IMG/VR virus record: IMGVR_UViG_3300031703_000001
Location: 1 to 64,000 of that record
Direction: 5' to 3' (one strand)
From: a virus
DNA length: 64,000 nt
Under the pieces are notes generated by a model. That model was not told the DNA's origin and did not search any database. It was given only the letters and a program-made list of their open reading frames with translations. The first letter of the stretch is position 1. Every line of letters begins with the position of its first letter. Of the stretch, positions 37,743 to 47,352 are shown piece after piece. Position numbers and translations under genes: made by a program.

Positions 37743-38417
37743 ATGTTAAACACTAGCGGAATGTCAGCGGGAAGCGGCAAAGAAAAACCAGTAATTGGAC
37801 CAGGAAATCAACTTGTAAAAATCAATTCAATCTCATTTGATCAAACACCATATGATGCATCAGCATTCAATATTATGGTACATGTAGAGTCTGAACCAAT
37901 GGAAGGTGAATTTCAAGGATTCTTGAAAGATGTAAATCAACCAGAAGGTGCACGTTATGCAGGACAGGTTGGAAGAGTTAGATATGCTCCATATCCTTAT
38001 AAAGATGCAACCTTACCAAATGGTAGTGAAATCAGTAGAGATACTGAAGTGATGAAAGCAATGATTGCTTTATCAGAACAACTAGGTAAAAGAACAGAGT
38101 TAGATGCTATCCAGGCAAATACTATTGAAGAATTCATGGACAAATGTAATGGTATATTTTCATCACCATTGTTTGTTAACATGTGTCTTGGTACTCGTGA
38201 GTGGGAGAATAAAGATGGTTATGTAAATAATGATCTATTCTTACCAAAGATGAGTAAAGATGGTATTCCTGTAGAAGCAGTTGATGCACCAAACTCAAGA
38301 TTATTGAAGTATGATACTAATAATAAGAATCATTACAGACCAGTAGTTAAGAAGGATGCACCATCAACAAATAGTTTTGAACCGGCTACAACAGCAGGTG
38401 ATGATTTTGATTTGTAA
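37743..38417 (+). CDS. Single-stranded DNA-binding protein (putative)
   Basis: Acidic-aromatic C-terminus GDDFDL; between Sak4-like ATPase and primase; terminator follows. Confidence 0.6.
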   Translation: MLNTSGMSAGSGKEKPVIGPGNQLVKINSISFDQTPYDASAFNIMVHVESEPMEGEFQGFLKDVNQPEGARYAGQVGRVRYAPYPYKDATLPNGSEISRDTEVMKAMIALSEQLGKRTELDAIQANTIEEFMDKCNGIFSSPLFVNMCLGTREWENKDGYVNNDLFLPKMSKDGIPVEAVDAPNSRLLKYDTNNKNHYRPVVKKDAPSTNSFEPATTAGDDFDL

Positions 38418-38434
38418 ATCATAATAATTAAATT

Positions 38435-38468
38435 AAAGGGGTTGGCTCATGGTCATCCCCTTTTTTTT
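38435..38468 (+). terminator. Intrinsic terminator
   Basis: AAAGGGG..CCCC followed by T8. Confidence 0.8.
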
Positions 38469-38483
38469 ATTTAATTTTAGCTT

Positions 38484-39461
38484 ATGTTTAATACAAAAAA
38501 TTTAGTACTAGAAGAATCAGATATACCAAGCTACTGGGTATTTCAATATTACCTTAATTTACCTGATACATTAAGTGGTCAGGATGTTAAGCTTACATCA
38601 ATATTTAATCCTAATGAGAAAACACCAAGCTTTTGTATTTATGTTGATAAAAACATAAACCAATACAAGTTTAAAGATTTCTCAACTGGTAAAAATGGTA
38701 ACAAAGTAGATTTAGTCAAGATGTTATTCAATGAAGCATACCCGGCAGCGGCTATGAGAATTGTAAAAGATTATAATAAGCACATCAAAACTGATGGTTT
38801 TAAAACTGTAGACTTTAAACCTGAAGCAAAGTGGGAAGTAGATTTTGTCAAGACAAGGAATTGGAATGAAAATGATAGCAAATATTGGTTATCATTCAGA
38901 ATTGGAATGACTATACTAACAGAATTCAATGTTAAACCACTTGAATATTATAACCTCTTAAAATCTGATGAAGACCGTGTTAGCACATTAAGAATTGAAG
39001 GTATACCACTTTATGGTTACTTTGACAAACAAGGTGAGATATATAAAATATATCAGCCTACAAGCAGTAATCATAAATTTCATAAAGTAAAATCTTATCT
39101 GCAAGGATATGATCAATTGAAATTCAATCAACCTTACTTAGTAATATGTTCATCACTTAAAGATGCATTATGTCTTAAAGGAATGGGTTATAACATAGAA
39201 GTTGTAGCTCCAGATAGTGAAAATGTAATGATTAAACCTCATATCATGGAACACTTAAAGAAGAAGTATAAAAAAGTTATTACTCTCTTTGATAATGATG
39301 AAGCAGGGACCAAAGCAGTAGATTCATATGCCAACGCATATAAAATCAATGGATTTGTACTAACTATATGCAAAGACATATCAGACGCTATGAAAAAGTA
39401 TGGTTTTGATAAAGTACATCAACACCTAAAACCTTTATTAAAAACAACATTAAATAAATAA
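38484..39461 (+). CDS. DNA primase (TOPRIM)
   Basis: EKTPSF..FKDFSTG N-terminus; ICSSLKD, APDSE, LFDNDEAG, KDISD as in crAss-like primases. Confidence 0.85.
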   Translation: MFNTKNLVLEESDIPSYWVFQYYLNLPDTLSGQDVKLTSIFNPNEKTPSFCIYVDKNINQYKFKDFSTGKNGNKVDLVKMLFNEAYPAAAMRIVKDYNKHIKTDGFKTVDFKPEAKWEVDFVKTRNWNENDSKYWLSFRIGMTILTEFNVKPLEYYNLLKSDEDRVSTLRIEGIPLYGYFDKQGEIYKIYQPTSSNHKFHKVKSYLQGYDQLKFNQPYLVICSSLKDALCLKGMGYNIEVVAPDSENVMIKPHIMEHLKKKYKKVITLFDNDEAGTKAVDSYANAYKINGFVLTICKDISDAMKKYGFDKVHQHLKPLLKTTLNK

Positions 39462-39463
39462 AT

Positions 39464-39841
39464 ATGAAGAATAAAAAATGGTTCATCCCCGGATCAGTTC
39501 CCTCTTCTAAGAATGGAAGAAGATGGACTGGTAAATACTTTATAGCCAGCAAGGCTGTAATGAATTATAGAAAAATAGCCAAAGACTATTATGCAAAATA
39601 TGCAGATGAATTCAAAGCTGAATTAGCAAAGCATGAATTACCAGCAAGAATTGCATTTACATTTATTAGAGGTTCACGTCATAAATTTGATTATTTAAAC
39701 CCTGCACAAACTGTACAGGATGATATGGTTAAAGCAGGATGGATAGAAGATGATAACGCTGAATTTATAAATCCAGTATTTGTACAATATATTTATGATA
39801 AAGAAAGCCCAGGTGTTTATATAGAAATATTAAAAGACTAA
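39464..39841 (+). CDS. RusA-like Holliday junction resolvase
   Basis: VPSSKN..KFDYLN..VQDDMVKAGWIEDDN. Confidence 0.7.
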   Translation: MKNKKWFIPGSVPSSKNGRRWTGKYFIASKAVMNYRKIAKDYYAKYADEFKAELAKHELPARIAFTFIRGSRHKFDYLNPAQTVQDDMVKAGWIEDDNAEFINPVFVQYIYDKESPGVYIEILKD

Positions 39842-39844
39842 CTG

Positions 39845-40150
39845 ATGAGTGATATCACATTTGATGAATTTTTTACATTAAGGAGTCTATTGAATGGCTC
39901 TGAAGAAGATTATCAAATTGCTATAAGTAATTTAGATAACTTAGTATATAATGATAAAAAGATAGTTGACATATTATTTATTAAATCACTGTACGCTGAG
40001 AAGAGACAATCTTTTCTAAAATGTGGTGCTTTAGAAAATGAAATTATGTACAGACCAATCTTATTAATGGGAAAGGCTATCTACTCCCGTATCTTAAAAG
40101 AAGCAGATAAAAAAGTATATAAACAAATACTCAAGGAAATAATGAAATAA
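39845..40150 (+). CDS. Hypothetical helical protein related to the C-terminal halves of 43020 and 44071
   Basis: LRSLLNGSEEDYQIAISNL motif. Confidence 0.5.
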   Translation: MSDITFDEFFTLRSLLNGSEEDYQIAISNLDNLVYNDKKIVDILFIKSLYAEKRQSFLKCGALENEIMYRPILLMGKAIYSRILKEADKKVYKQILKEIMK

Positions 40151-40161
40151 ATTAAAGAAAT

Positions 40162-41325
40162 ATGCAGAACATACAAGACTTAGTTGCTAAGACAACTAAA
40201 GAATTAATTTTAGATGAGCCTTTTTATGGGCTCTTTTTAATTGGTATCAATAAGCAATACAGTGATAAGATTCCTACAGCAGGGGTTAGTAAACATGGTA
40301 TTGGTATGCAGTTAACTATAAATCCAGAGTTCTATATAAACTTAAGCTTGCCTCACAGGGTAGGATTAATTAAACATGAACTGTTGCACATTGCATTTGG
40401 ACATTTATTAATGAGAGATTTATACTCAGATTTTAAACTATTTAATATAGCAGCGGATCTAGAAATAAATCAATATATAGACAGTGACAAGCTACCAGAA
40501 GGTGGTTTATTACTATCAAGTTTTCCAGAATTAAATCTTCCTACTAAGGCAGGGACAAAAGTTTATTATAATCTTTTGGAACAAGCACAAGAAGATGGTA
40601 CATCACCTTCATTAGATAACCTAATGGATAGTATGAACGGAGAAACTGAATATGATCACTCTACATGGGCTGATTTTGATGACTTATCTGAACCAGATAA
40701 AAAGCTAATGCAAAAACAAGTTGAACACCAGTTAAAAGACGCTGCTGAAACAACTATTAAAAAGCAAGGGCATATACCTGGAGAATGTAAGGAGTTAATT
40801 GATAGATTATTCCATGTTGAACCTGCCAAATTTGATTGGAAACAATATTTAAGAAGATTTGTGGGTAATTCTAGTATAGTATATACAAGAAAGCTGAGAC
40901 GTAAGTATAACAAACGTTATGCTGAGAATCCTGGCCTTAAGATCAAATTTAAAAATCACATACTTGTTGGTATAGATACATCAGGATCAGTTAATACAGA
41001 TGAGCTCAAAGAGTTTTATAATGAGCTACATCACATGTCTAAGACAGGACATAAAATAACTGTTGCACAATGTGATACAAGTTTGAATTCTGTTAAAGAA
41101 TTTAATCCAAAACAAGCATGGGAAATTAACGGAAGAGGTGGAACATCATTTCAACCAGTAATTGATCATTTCAATGAAAAGAAAGGGACATACACGGCCC
41201 TTATCTATCTAACTGATGGTGAAGCATATCCACCACATAATTGCCCATCAAATACTTTATGGGTGTTAAGTAGCATCTCTGACATGAATGATGATTTACC
41301 AGGTAAAGTTATAAAATTAAACTAA
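40162..41325 (+). CDS. DUF2201-type metallopeptidase + vWA domain protein
   Basis: HELLH zincin motif, NIAADLEINQ, DTSGS MIDAS, GGGTSF, YLTDG. Confidence 0.85.
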   Translation: MQNIQDLVAKTTKELILDEPFYGLFLIGINKQYSDKIPTAGVSKHGIGMQLTINPEFYINLSLPHRVGLIKHELLHIAFGHLLMRDLYSDFKLFNIAADLEINQYIDSDKLPEGGLLLSSFPELNLPTKAGTKVYYNLLEQAQEDGTSPSLDNLMDSMNGETEYDHSTWADFDDLSEPDKKLMQKQVEHQLKDAAETTIKKQGHIPGECKELIDRLFHVEPAKFDWKQYLRRFVGNSSIVYTRKLRRKYNKRYAENPGLKIKFKNHILVGIDTSGSVNTDELKEFYNELHHMSKTGHKITVAQCDTSLNSVKEFNPKQAWEINGRGGTSFQPVIDHFNEKKGTYTALIYLTDGEAYPPHNCPSNTLWVLSSISDMNDDLPGKVIKLN

Positions 41326-41327
41326 AC

Positions 41328-41714
41328 ATGGGACGTTATTATAGTGGAGACATTGAAGGGAAGTTTGCCTTTGGTGCTCAAAGTAGTGGTGCAGCAGATA
41401 GATTTGGTGTATCAGGTGAAAGTCCTGGTTATATTGAGTATTTATATACTGAAGATAACTTAACAGCTCTTGAAGCTGAACTTAAAGCAATTGAAGCTTC
41501 ATTCAAAGAGTATAAAACACCTCTTTTAGCTTATTATGATTTATTTGGTGTAGAAGATGATGTTGAAATAACATTTGAATCTTACATTGAAAAAGGTGAT
41601 TTTAAACCTATGGGTCCTATTATGCAAGATGATTTCAATGATTATAGAATAGGTAAAAAAATACAAAACTGCGTTATAAAGCATGGAGAATGCTCATTCA
41701 CTGCAGAATTATAA
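41328..41714 (+). CDS. Acidic hypothetical protein
   Basis: MGRYYSGDIEGKF N-terminus; inserted between the vWA and ATPase genes. Confidence 0.6.
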   Translation: MGRYYSGDIEGKFAFGAQSSGAADRFGVSGESPGYIEYLYTEDNLTALEAELKAIEASFKEYKTPLLAYYDLFGVEDDVEITFESYIEKGDFKPMGPIMQDDFNDYRIGKKIQNCVIKHGECSFTAEL

Positions 41715-41739
41715 ACAAAAACAAAAATTAATTAAGAAT

Positions 41740-43008
41740 ATGGCACAAGTAAATTTAAACGTAACAGAATTAAAAGGTTTTGTAAACCACATCATTAAGA
41801 ACAACAGATACTTACAGGAAAGCGGAAAGAGCCCTGTATCAGTAGAAGTAGTTGGTGAATCAGGGATTGGTAAAACTTCAACTATTGTTGAGTTGGCTGA
41901 AGAAAACAAATTAAATTTTGTAAAGTTAAACTTAGCACAGATTGAAGAACTTGGAGATTTAGTAGGATTTCCTGTTAGACAATTCCAAATGTATAAAGAG
42001 ACAAAAGTTTCAACAAAAACAAATGATATATCCTATACAGCAGCACAAAGATCAGCTGCCTCATCAAGTCTAGCGGCTATGCCTCAAACAAAAACTAAAA
42101 AAGTTGGTTTGTGGGTTGATGAACTTGCAGTACAAGAATACCTAAAGAATGGGTATAAAATGTCAGGTAAGAACAGGATGTCATATTGTCCACCAGAGTG
42201 GATTGCAGATGCAAAAGATGGTGGTATTTTATTATTGGATGACTGGAATAGAGCTGATACAAGATTTATCCAAGCAGTAATGGAATTAATTGACCGTCAG
42301 ACTTACATCTCATGGAAATTACCAAAAGATTGGCATATCATCTTAACAGCAAATCCAGATAACGGAGACTATATGGTTAACAGTGTAGATAGTGCACAGA
42401 AAACTAGATATGTAACTGCTAATCTTAAGTTTGATGTAAACATCTGGGCAGAATGGGCTGAGTCAGCAGGGATTGATACTAGATGTATTAACTTCTTATT
42501 ACTTCACCCGGAGCTTGTAACACAGGAAACTAATGCAAGATCAATAACAACGTTCTTTAATTCAATCTCAAGTTTTGATAGTTTTGAAGAGAACTTATCA
42601 TTAATTCAAATGATTGGTGAAGGATCTGTTGGAGATGCATTTGCTTCTATGTTTACTACATTTATTAATAACAAACTTGATAAATTAGTTACACCAAAAG
42701 ATTTATTGACTCATGACAGTGAATCATATATCTTAGGAGAACTAAGAAGTTGTATTGGTAAAGATGATACATACCGTGCTGATATTGCAGCTACATTAGC
42801 AACACGTTTGGCTAATTACTCTGTAGTATATTCTAAGGAAAACACAGTTAGTCAGAAGATTACTGATAGATTAAAAGCACTTTGTACTAAAGATTACTTC
42901 ACAAATGATCTTAAGTATTTAGTTGTTAGAACAATATTTAGTGGAAATAAACAAAAGTTTAATAAACTAATGATGGTTCCTGAAATTATCAAAATGACAA
43001 TGAAATAG
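41740..43008 (+). CDS. MoxR-like AAA+ ATPase
   Basis: GESGIGKT, LLLDDWNRA, ILTANP; partner of the vWA protein; likely start 41740. Confidence 0.85.
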   Translation: MAQVNLNVTELKGFVNHIIKNNRYLQESGKSPVSVEVVGESGIGKTSTIVELAEENKLNFVKLNLAQIEELGDLVGFPVRQFQMYKETKVSTKTNDISYTAAQRSAASSSLAAMPQTKTKKVGLWVDELAVQEYLKNGYKMSGKNRMSYCPPEWIADAKDGGILLLDDWNRADTRFIQAVMELIDRQTYISWKLPKDWHIILTANPDNGDYMVNSVDSAQKTRYVTANLKFDVNIWAEWAESAGIDTRCINFLLLHPELVTQETNARSITTFFNSISSFDSFEENLSLIQMIGEGSVGDAFASMFTTFINNKLDKLVTPKDLLTHDSESYILGELRSCIGKDDTYRADIAATLATRLANYSVVYSKENTVSQKITDRLKALCTKDYFTNDLKYLVVRTIFSGNKQKFNKLMMVPEIIKMTMK

Positions 43009-43019
43009 AATTTAAAATT

Positions 43020-44066
43020 ATGGCAAATAAATCAGTTTATCAAGATTTTGATACTGATGCATTAAACCACTATGGTCTAGCAGCAGCTCCTAAATTAGGA
43101 GTTGTTGTTGGTTCTATAGTAGAAGATGTATTGGTTACTCAAGATCAAACAACATTTGAAAAAATACAAAGGTCTCTATCAGTTCCAACTGAATCAGGGA
43201 CTACGTTTATAAATAAAAAGAAAGCATTCATTCTACCAAGATGTGACGTATCACAAGACAGGTTGAAAGCAGCTTTGAAAGAACATGGAATTGCTGTTAC
43301 AAATGATTATACTTTAGCAGATCTTATTGTAGGTCATGAAGATATATACAGAAGATTTGAGAACAGTGAGAATATCATGAGTTCAATAATGATGTCTAAA
43401 CTTTGGAACTATGAAACAACTAGTGGTGCAGGGGGAAGCAGTCTTCCTTTAAACACCATAATTGAAAATCATGGAAAAGTAATTGTAACTCATAAAATAA
43501 CTGAAAAGATCAGATACTATGATTTGAATATTGAAACTTCACTTTATGATGAATGGTTGATTACAGGATTGGCATTAAACTTAGCTTATCTAATTGATAC
43601 AACTGGAGGAGATATTTCAGTTATAGATCCTGAAACCGTATTGCATAGTTCTGCTAATAAGGTAGTTATGGATGAAGAACTTTTAAGTGATTTATCTAGA
43701 CAGCTTCAGGCATATGGAGATGATAATAAAGCAATGGCTGCTAAAATGATTCCATGTATTGATTACACTAAAAATTTTCATTTACTATGGAGGTTTGCAC
43801 AAGATAATGATGGCAATATGTACTCCTTTAATAGGGATAAAGATATTCAATATTGGTTATCAGTATCAAACTTTAATAAATTCACTAGACTATCTGCACA
43901 GGATATGATATTGTGGTTAGAAAAGAAAGAGTATTTGAATGCAGTATCATTTAGATATTTAGAGCCTATAGTTAGAAGAGAAATAAGCATACACAACAGA
44001 GATCTTTATACATTTAAAGTGGCTGTAAAAAAAGAATACCAACAATATTTAGGTACTAAAACTTAA
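43020..44066 (+). CDS. Hypothetical protein with a BRCT-like segment
   Basis: KKAFILPRCDVSQDRLKAALKEHGIAVTNDYTLADLIVG. Confidence 0.5.
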   Translation: MANKSVYQDFDTDALNHYGLAAAPKLGVVVGSIVEDVLVTQDQTTFEKIQRSLSVPTESGTTFINKKKAFILPRCDVSQDRLKAALKEHGIAVTNDYTLADLIVGHEDIYRRFENSENIMSSIMMSKLWNYETTSGAGGSSLPLNTIIENHGKVIVTHKITEKIRYYDLNIETSLYDEWLITGLALNLAYLIDTTGGDISVIDPETVLHSSANKVVMDEELLSDLSRQLQAYGDDNKAMAAKMIPCIDYTKNFHLLWRFAQDNDGNMYSFNRDKDIQYWLSVSNFNKFTRLSAQDMILWLEKKEYLNAVSFRYLEPIVRREISIHNRDLYTFKVAVKKEYQQYLGTKT

Positions 44067-44070
44067 AACA

Positions 44071-45234
44071 ATGAAAAAAAGATATCAAGTAAACTGGAAC
44101 CAATCAGAAGAAAATGTCACAATAGTGAATGGTAAATGTAAATTAAAAGCATCAGCGTTTGATGTTCTATCTGCAGGTACATGGGTTGGGCATAGTAATG
44201 ATTATGCTATAACAAAAGCAGATAAAGTAAGAATTGGTGTTGATTTTAAAACACCAGATACATTTACAATACAGGATAAAACCATATATAGATTTCCTAA
44301 GTTGGATTTACCTAGACAAAAGGTGGATTTACTTAAAGAAAAATACAATGTCAAAGTAATTAGAGACCCAAATAAAGCAGATATTCATGTAATTTCAGAT
44401 AAGTTATTTGATAGCATATTTGATTACAATTGGCAAACATCATCAACGTTTCTACACTTCTTTAAGGTATTAAAAAAACTAAAAGAAGATGATCACCTAA
44501 CTGTAGGTGCATTAGAAAAAGTTAAAGATATAATGGAAACTGTTGGTGTAGACTCAATGGTTAAATTAGAAAATAAGTATAGTTATAGACACAACAGTTA
44601 TTCCAATCCAGATGCAACTTCTATATTTTTAGATATTATAAATGGATTATGGTTAAATGAAGAAGTTAATATGAATAAGGACATCATCATTGATGATAAA
44701 AATATTCAAGATTTCTTAGACATTAAAAACAGTAGTGCTACAGTTCTTTATGATACTGATGTTATAGGTATTATAGATGGCCAACTTGCTGTAATTGATA
44801 ATGTAGAGTATGAAGGTATCCGCAAAATGATAGTTAGTAATGATAAAGACAATAGGTCATTAGCATTAGAAATGCTAGCAAATTGTAATGTGGATAAATC
44901 ATATGATGTAGTCTCAAGTATTTTTTACTGGGAATACAACTGGCTAAAAGATACCAATAACTGGAATAGTGTAAATGTTAAAGCATTAAGAAAAAGACTA
45001 AAGGAATACCAAGGTGGACCTTGTACTTCTAATATATATGCTTATAATAAATACATTAATAATTTGGTTAAAGATGATAAATTAACTGAATATGCAGTAA
45101 ATGAAACAAGAAAGAAACTGTATCATGAAGTTTTAGGAAACCTTGTTGGTACTACTGCAGATGTTTTTGAAGTAAAATTTGAGAACTTGGAATTAAAAGA
45201 AAAATTAATACAAAAAATAAAAACAGATGAATAG
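44071..45234 (+). CDS. Hypothetical protein with a BRCT-like segment, paralog of 43020
   Basis: KTIYRFPKLDLPRQKVDLLKEKYNVKVIRDPNKADIHVIS. Confidence 0.5.
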   Translation: MKKRYQVNWNQSEENVTIVNGKCKLKASAFDVLSAGTWVGHSNDYAITKADKVRIGVDFKTPDTFTIQDKTIYRFPKLDLPRQKVDLLKEKYNVKVIRDPNKADIHVISDKLFDSIFDYNWQTSSTFLHFFKVLKKLKEDDHLTVGALEKVKDIMETVGVDSMVKLENKYSYRHNSYSNPDATSIFLDIINGLWLNEEVNMNKDIIIDDKNIQDFLDIKNSSATVLYDTDVIGIIDGQLAVIDNVEYEGIRKMIVSNDKDNRSLALEMLANCNVDKSYDVVSSIFYWEYNWLKDTNNWNSVNVKALRKRLKEYQGGPCTSNIYAYNKYINNLVKDDKLTEYAVNETRKKLYHEVLGNLVGTTADVFEVKFENLELKEKLIQKIKTDE

Positions 45235-46213
45235 AGACTTAGAGAAAGAAAGGATATTTTATGCAAAAAAAGGTTTTTGCTTTAGTTACTCCTCACTAAA
45301 CAAATTATTATTTTCACCATCCTTATTTTATAAGGAATATATTATGTTTGACCGTGAGGTTAGAACAGACACCCACCTTGTTGAAGGTAAACTTGTGCAT
45401 TGCTTATTGTTTGAACCAGAAAAGGTATTGGAGAAATTCAATCTTGTTCCTGGTAGAGCACCAAGTGATAATATCAAAAAAGTAATGAAAGATATGTCTC
45501 TCTTTACTGATGCAGAATCATTAGCTGATTGTTCAGAACAAGCTCTTGAATCATTAAAAACTTTAAATCTTTTCCAGTCTCTTAAAACAGATGAGCAAAG
45601 AATTAAAAAAGTTATTACTGAAGATAATGAACCATATTGGAGTTTCTTAAGTAACACTAACGTTGATGTTGTAGATCATGATACTATGAATAAATGTTTA
45701 GATAAAGTGGAAACACTTAAATCAAACAAAGATGTTATGGATCTGTTTAAACAACAGGAGACAGACTTTGAGTTAGATCCAATTGAAACACATGCTGAAA
45801 AATATTTGAAGTCTGAAGTATCAGAAAACAATTTTGGTCTTCATGGTTACATTGATTACTATAAAATAGACCATGATAAAATGGAGGTCACAATATGTGA
45901 TCTTAAAACTACTGGTAAAACTATTTCTGATTTCCGTGAGACCATTGACTTTTATAATTATTGGTTGCAAGCAGCCATATATGCTAAATTAGTTTATGAT
46001 ACTCTTGGAGAAAAGGCTGAAGAATACACAATAGTATTTAAGTTTGTTGTTATTGATAAATACCAACAGGTGTATGTTTTTGATGTTACTGAAGATACTT
46101 TAGCAGGATGGGCTGATGGCCTTGAAGGTGTTATTAAAGTAGCTGCACATCATTATGATGAGAAAAACTATCAATTACCATATGACTTTCTGGTAGGAAA
46201 CATTAAGTTATAG
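45227..46213 (+). CDS. PD-(D/E)XK exonuclease (RecE/DUF3799-like)
   Basis: SYSSL, GKLVHC, GYID, DLKTTG, YWLQAAIY. Confidence 0.8.
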   Translation: MNRDLEKERIFYAKKGFCFSYSSLNKLLFSPSLFYKEYIMFDREVRTDTHLVEGKLVHCLLFEPEKVLEKFNLVPGRAPSDNIKKVMKDMSLFTDAESLADCSEQALESLKTLNLFQSLKTDEQRIKKVITEDNEPYWSFLSNTNVDVVDHDTMNKCLDKVETLKSNKDVMDLFKQQETDFELDPIETHAEKYLKSEVSENNFGLHGYIDYYKIDHDKMEVTICDLKTTGKTISDFRETIDFYNYWLQAAIYAKLVYDTLGEKAEEYTIVFKFVVIDKYQQVYVFDVTEDTLAGWADGLEGVIKVAAHHYDEKNYQLPYDFLVGNIKL

Positions 46214-46214
46214 T

Positions 46215-46793
46215 ATGGACAATGTATATACAGACTATTTCCAAAAGAGTAAGGTTTTTCTTTACCCTCTGTTAAAACTTAAAAAAGGTATCACTTATGT
46301 TCCTGTGCAAACTTATGTTTGTTGGGAGCATGAGTATGCTATTGAGGATCACAAATTATTATGTGAGTATCATGTTAAGTCTTCAGATAAGTTTGTAGCA
46401 TTCTGTAATAAATATTTAAAAAGTAACAAACTCTTTTATAAATACATAGACCTTGGAGAAAACAAGCATCTATTTATATTTGACTTTAAACCTTATAAAA
46501 ATGACTTTAACAGATTTGCACTTGGTAAATTTTCTCAATTCAGTTTAGAATCCAAAATAGTAATATTGGATTTTTTCAATGCTTCAGGAAATATGTTAGG
46601 TTATATAACATCATTCCTATCTCCAGATAATGCACATGCTGATTATGCTGCTGCTTTTAATGTAGATATAGAAAGTATACAGGAAGTTTATGAAGTATGC
46701 AGTGTACCAAACTTAAAAAAAGAAACCTTTCAAGATAATAATCATCTATTAGATTGTTTATTAAATAAGAACTCCATATCTTTGGAGAAATAA
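46215..46793 (+). CDS. Hypothetical protein
   Basis: 192-aa ORF. Confidence 0.6.
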   Translation: MDNVYTDYFQKSKVFLYPLLKLKKGITYVPVQTYVCWEHEYAIEDHKLLCEYHVKSSDKFVAFCNKYLKSNKLFYKYIDLGENKHLFIFDFKPYKNDFNRFALGKFSQFSLESKIVILDFFNASGNMLGYITSFLSPDNAHADYAAAFNVDIESIQEVYEVCSVPNLKKETFQDNNHLLDCLLNKNSISLEK

Positions 46794-46803
46794 AAAACTA
46801 AAT

Positions 46804-47220
46804 ATGTCACAACAAATTGGACAAAACATGATGTTAGTTAACTCTAGCTTCAGAAACGCAAAATCATTTACATTAATACCAGTGAGTGCGGACTCACCAT
46901 ATGTAGAAGCTATGTTTGACCCTGCGTCAAGCATCTTAGCTGTAATCAGTAAAGTAATGAAGCAATCATACCATATGGTTGCAAAACTTGATGATGAAGG
47001 ACAGCCAATGAAATTAAAGAACCCAAATCCTCAAACTGGTAAAACAGTTAAAGAAGAAAGAAGGTTAGTTGATACATTCTCTGAATTCTATTTAAGTGAT
47101 GTTAAGGACATTGAAACGTTTATTCATATGTTTGCAGTAAATGCTGAACATTTTGACTATAAATCTTTCTTTGCTGAGGTAAAAGAGACAAAAGTTTCTA
47201 ACCTTATAATGCCAAGTTAA
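46804..47220 (+). CDS. Hypothetical protein
   Basis: 138 aa; TATCTTTG at 46777-46784 upstream. Confidence 0.65.
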   Translation: MSQQIGQNMMLVNSSFRNAKSFTLIPVSADSPYVEAMFDPASSILAVISKVMKQSYHMVAKLDDEGQPMKLKNPNPQTGKTVKEERRLVDTFSEFYLSDVKDIETFIHMFAVNAEHFDYKSFFAEVKETKVSNLIMPS

Positions 47221-47281
47221 AAAATCTAACAGTACCTTAAACGCTACCCCTCTGAACAGCGTCCCAGTTAAGGTCTTTTAT

Positions 47282-47311
47282 AAAAGGGCACAGTAAAATG
47301 TGCCTTTTTTT
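47282..47311 (+). terminator. Intrinsic terminator
   Basis: AAAAGGGCAC/GTGCCTTTTTTT. Confidence 0.8.
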
Positions 47312-47352
47312 GGCTCTAAAAACTTCAAGATGATAAATAACATGATAACAAT

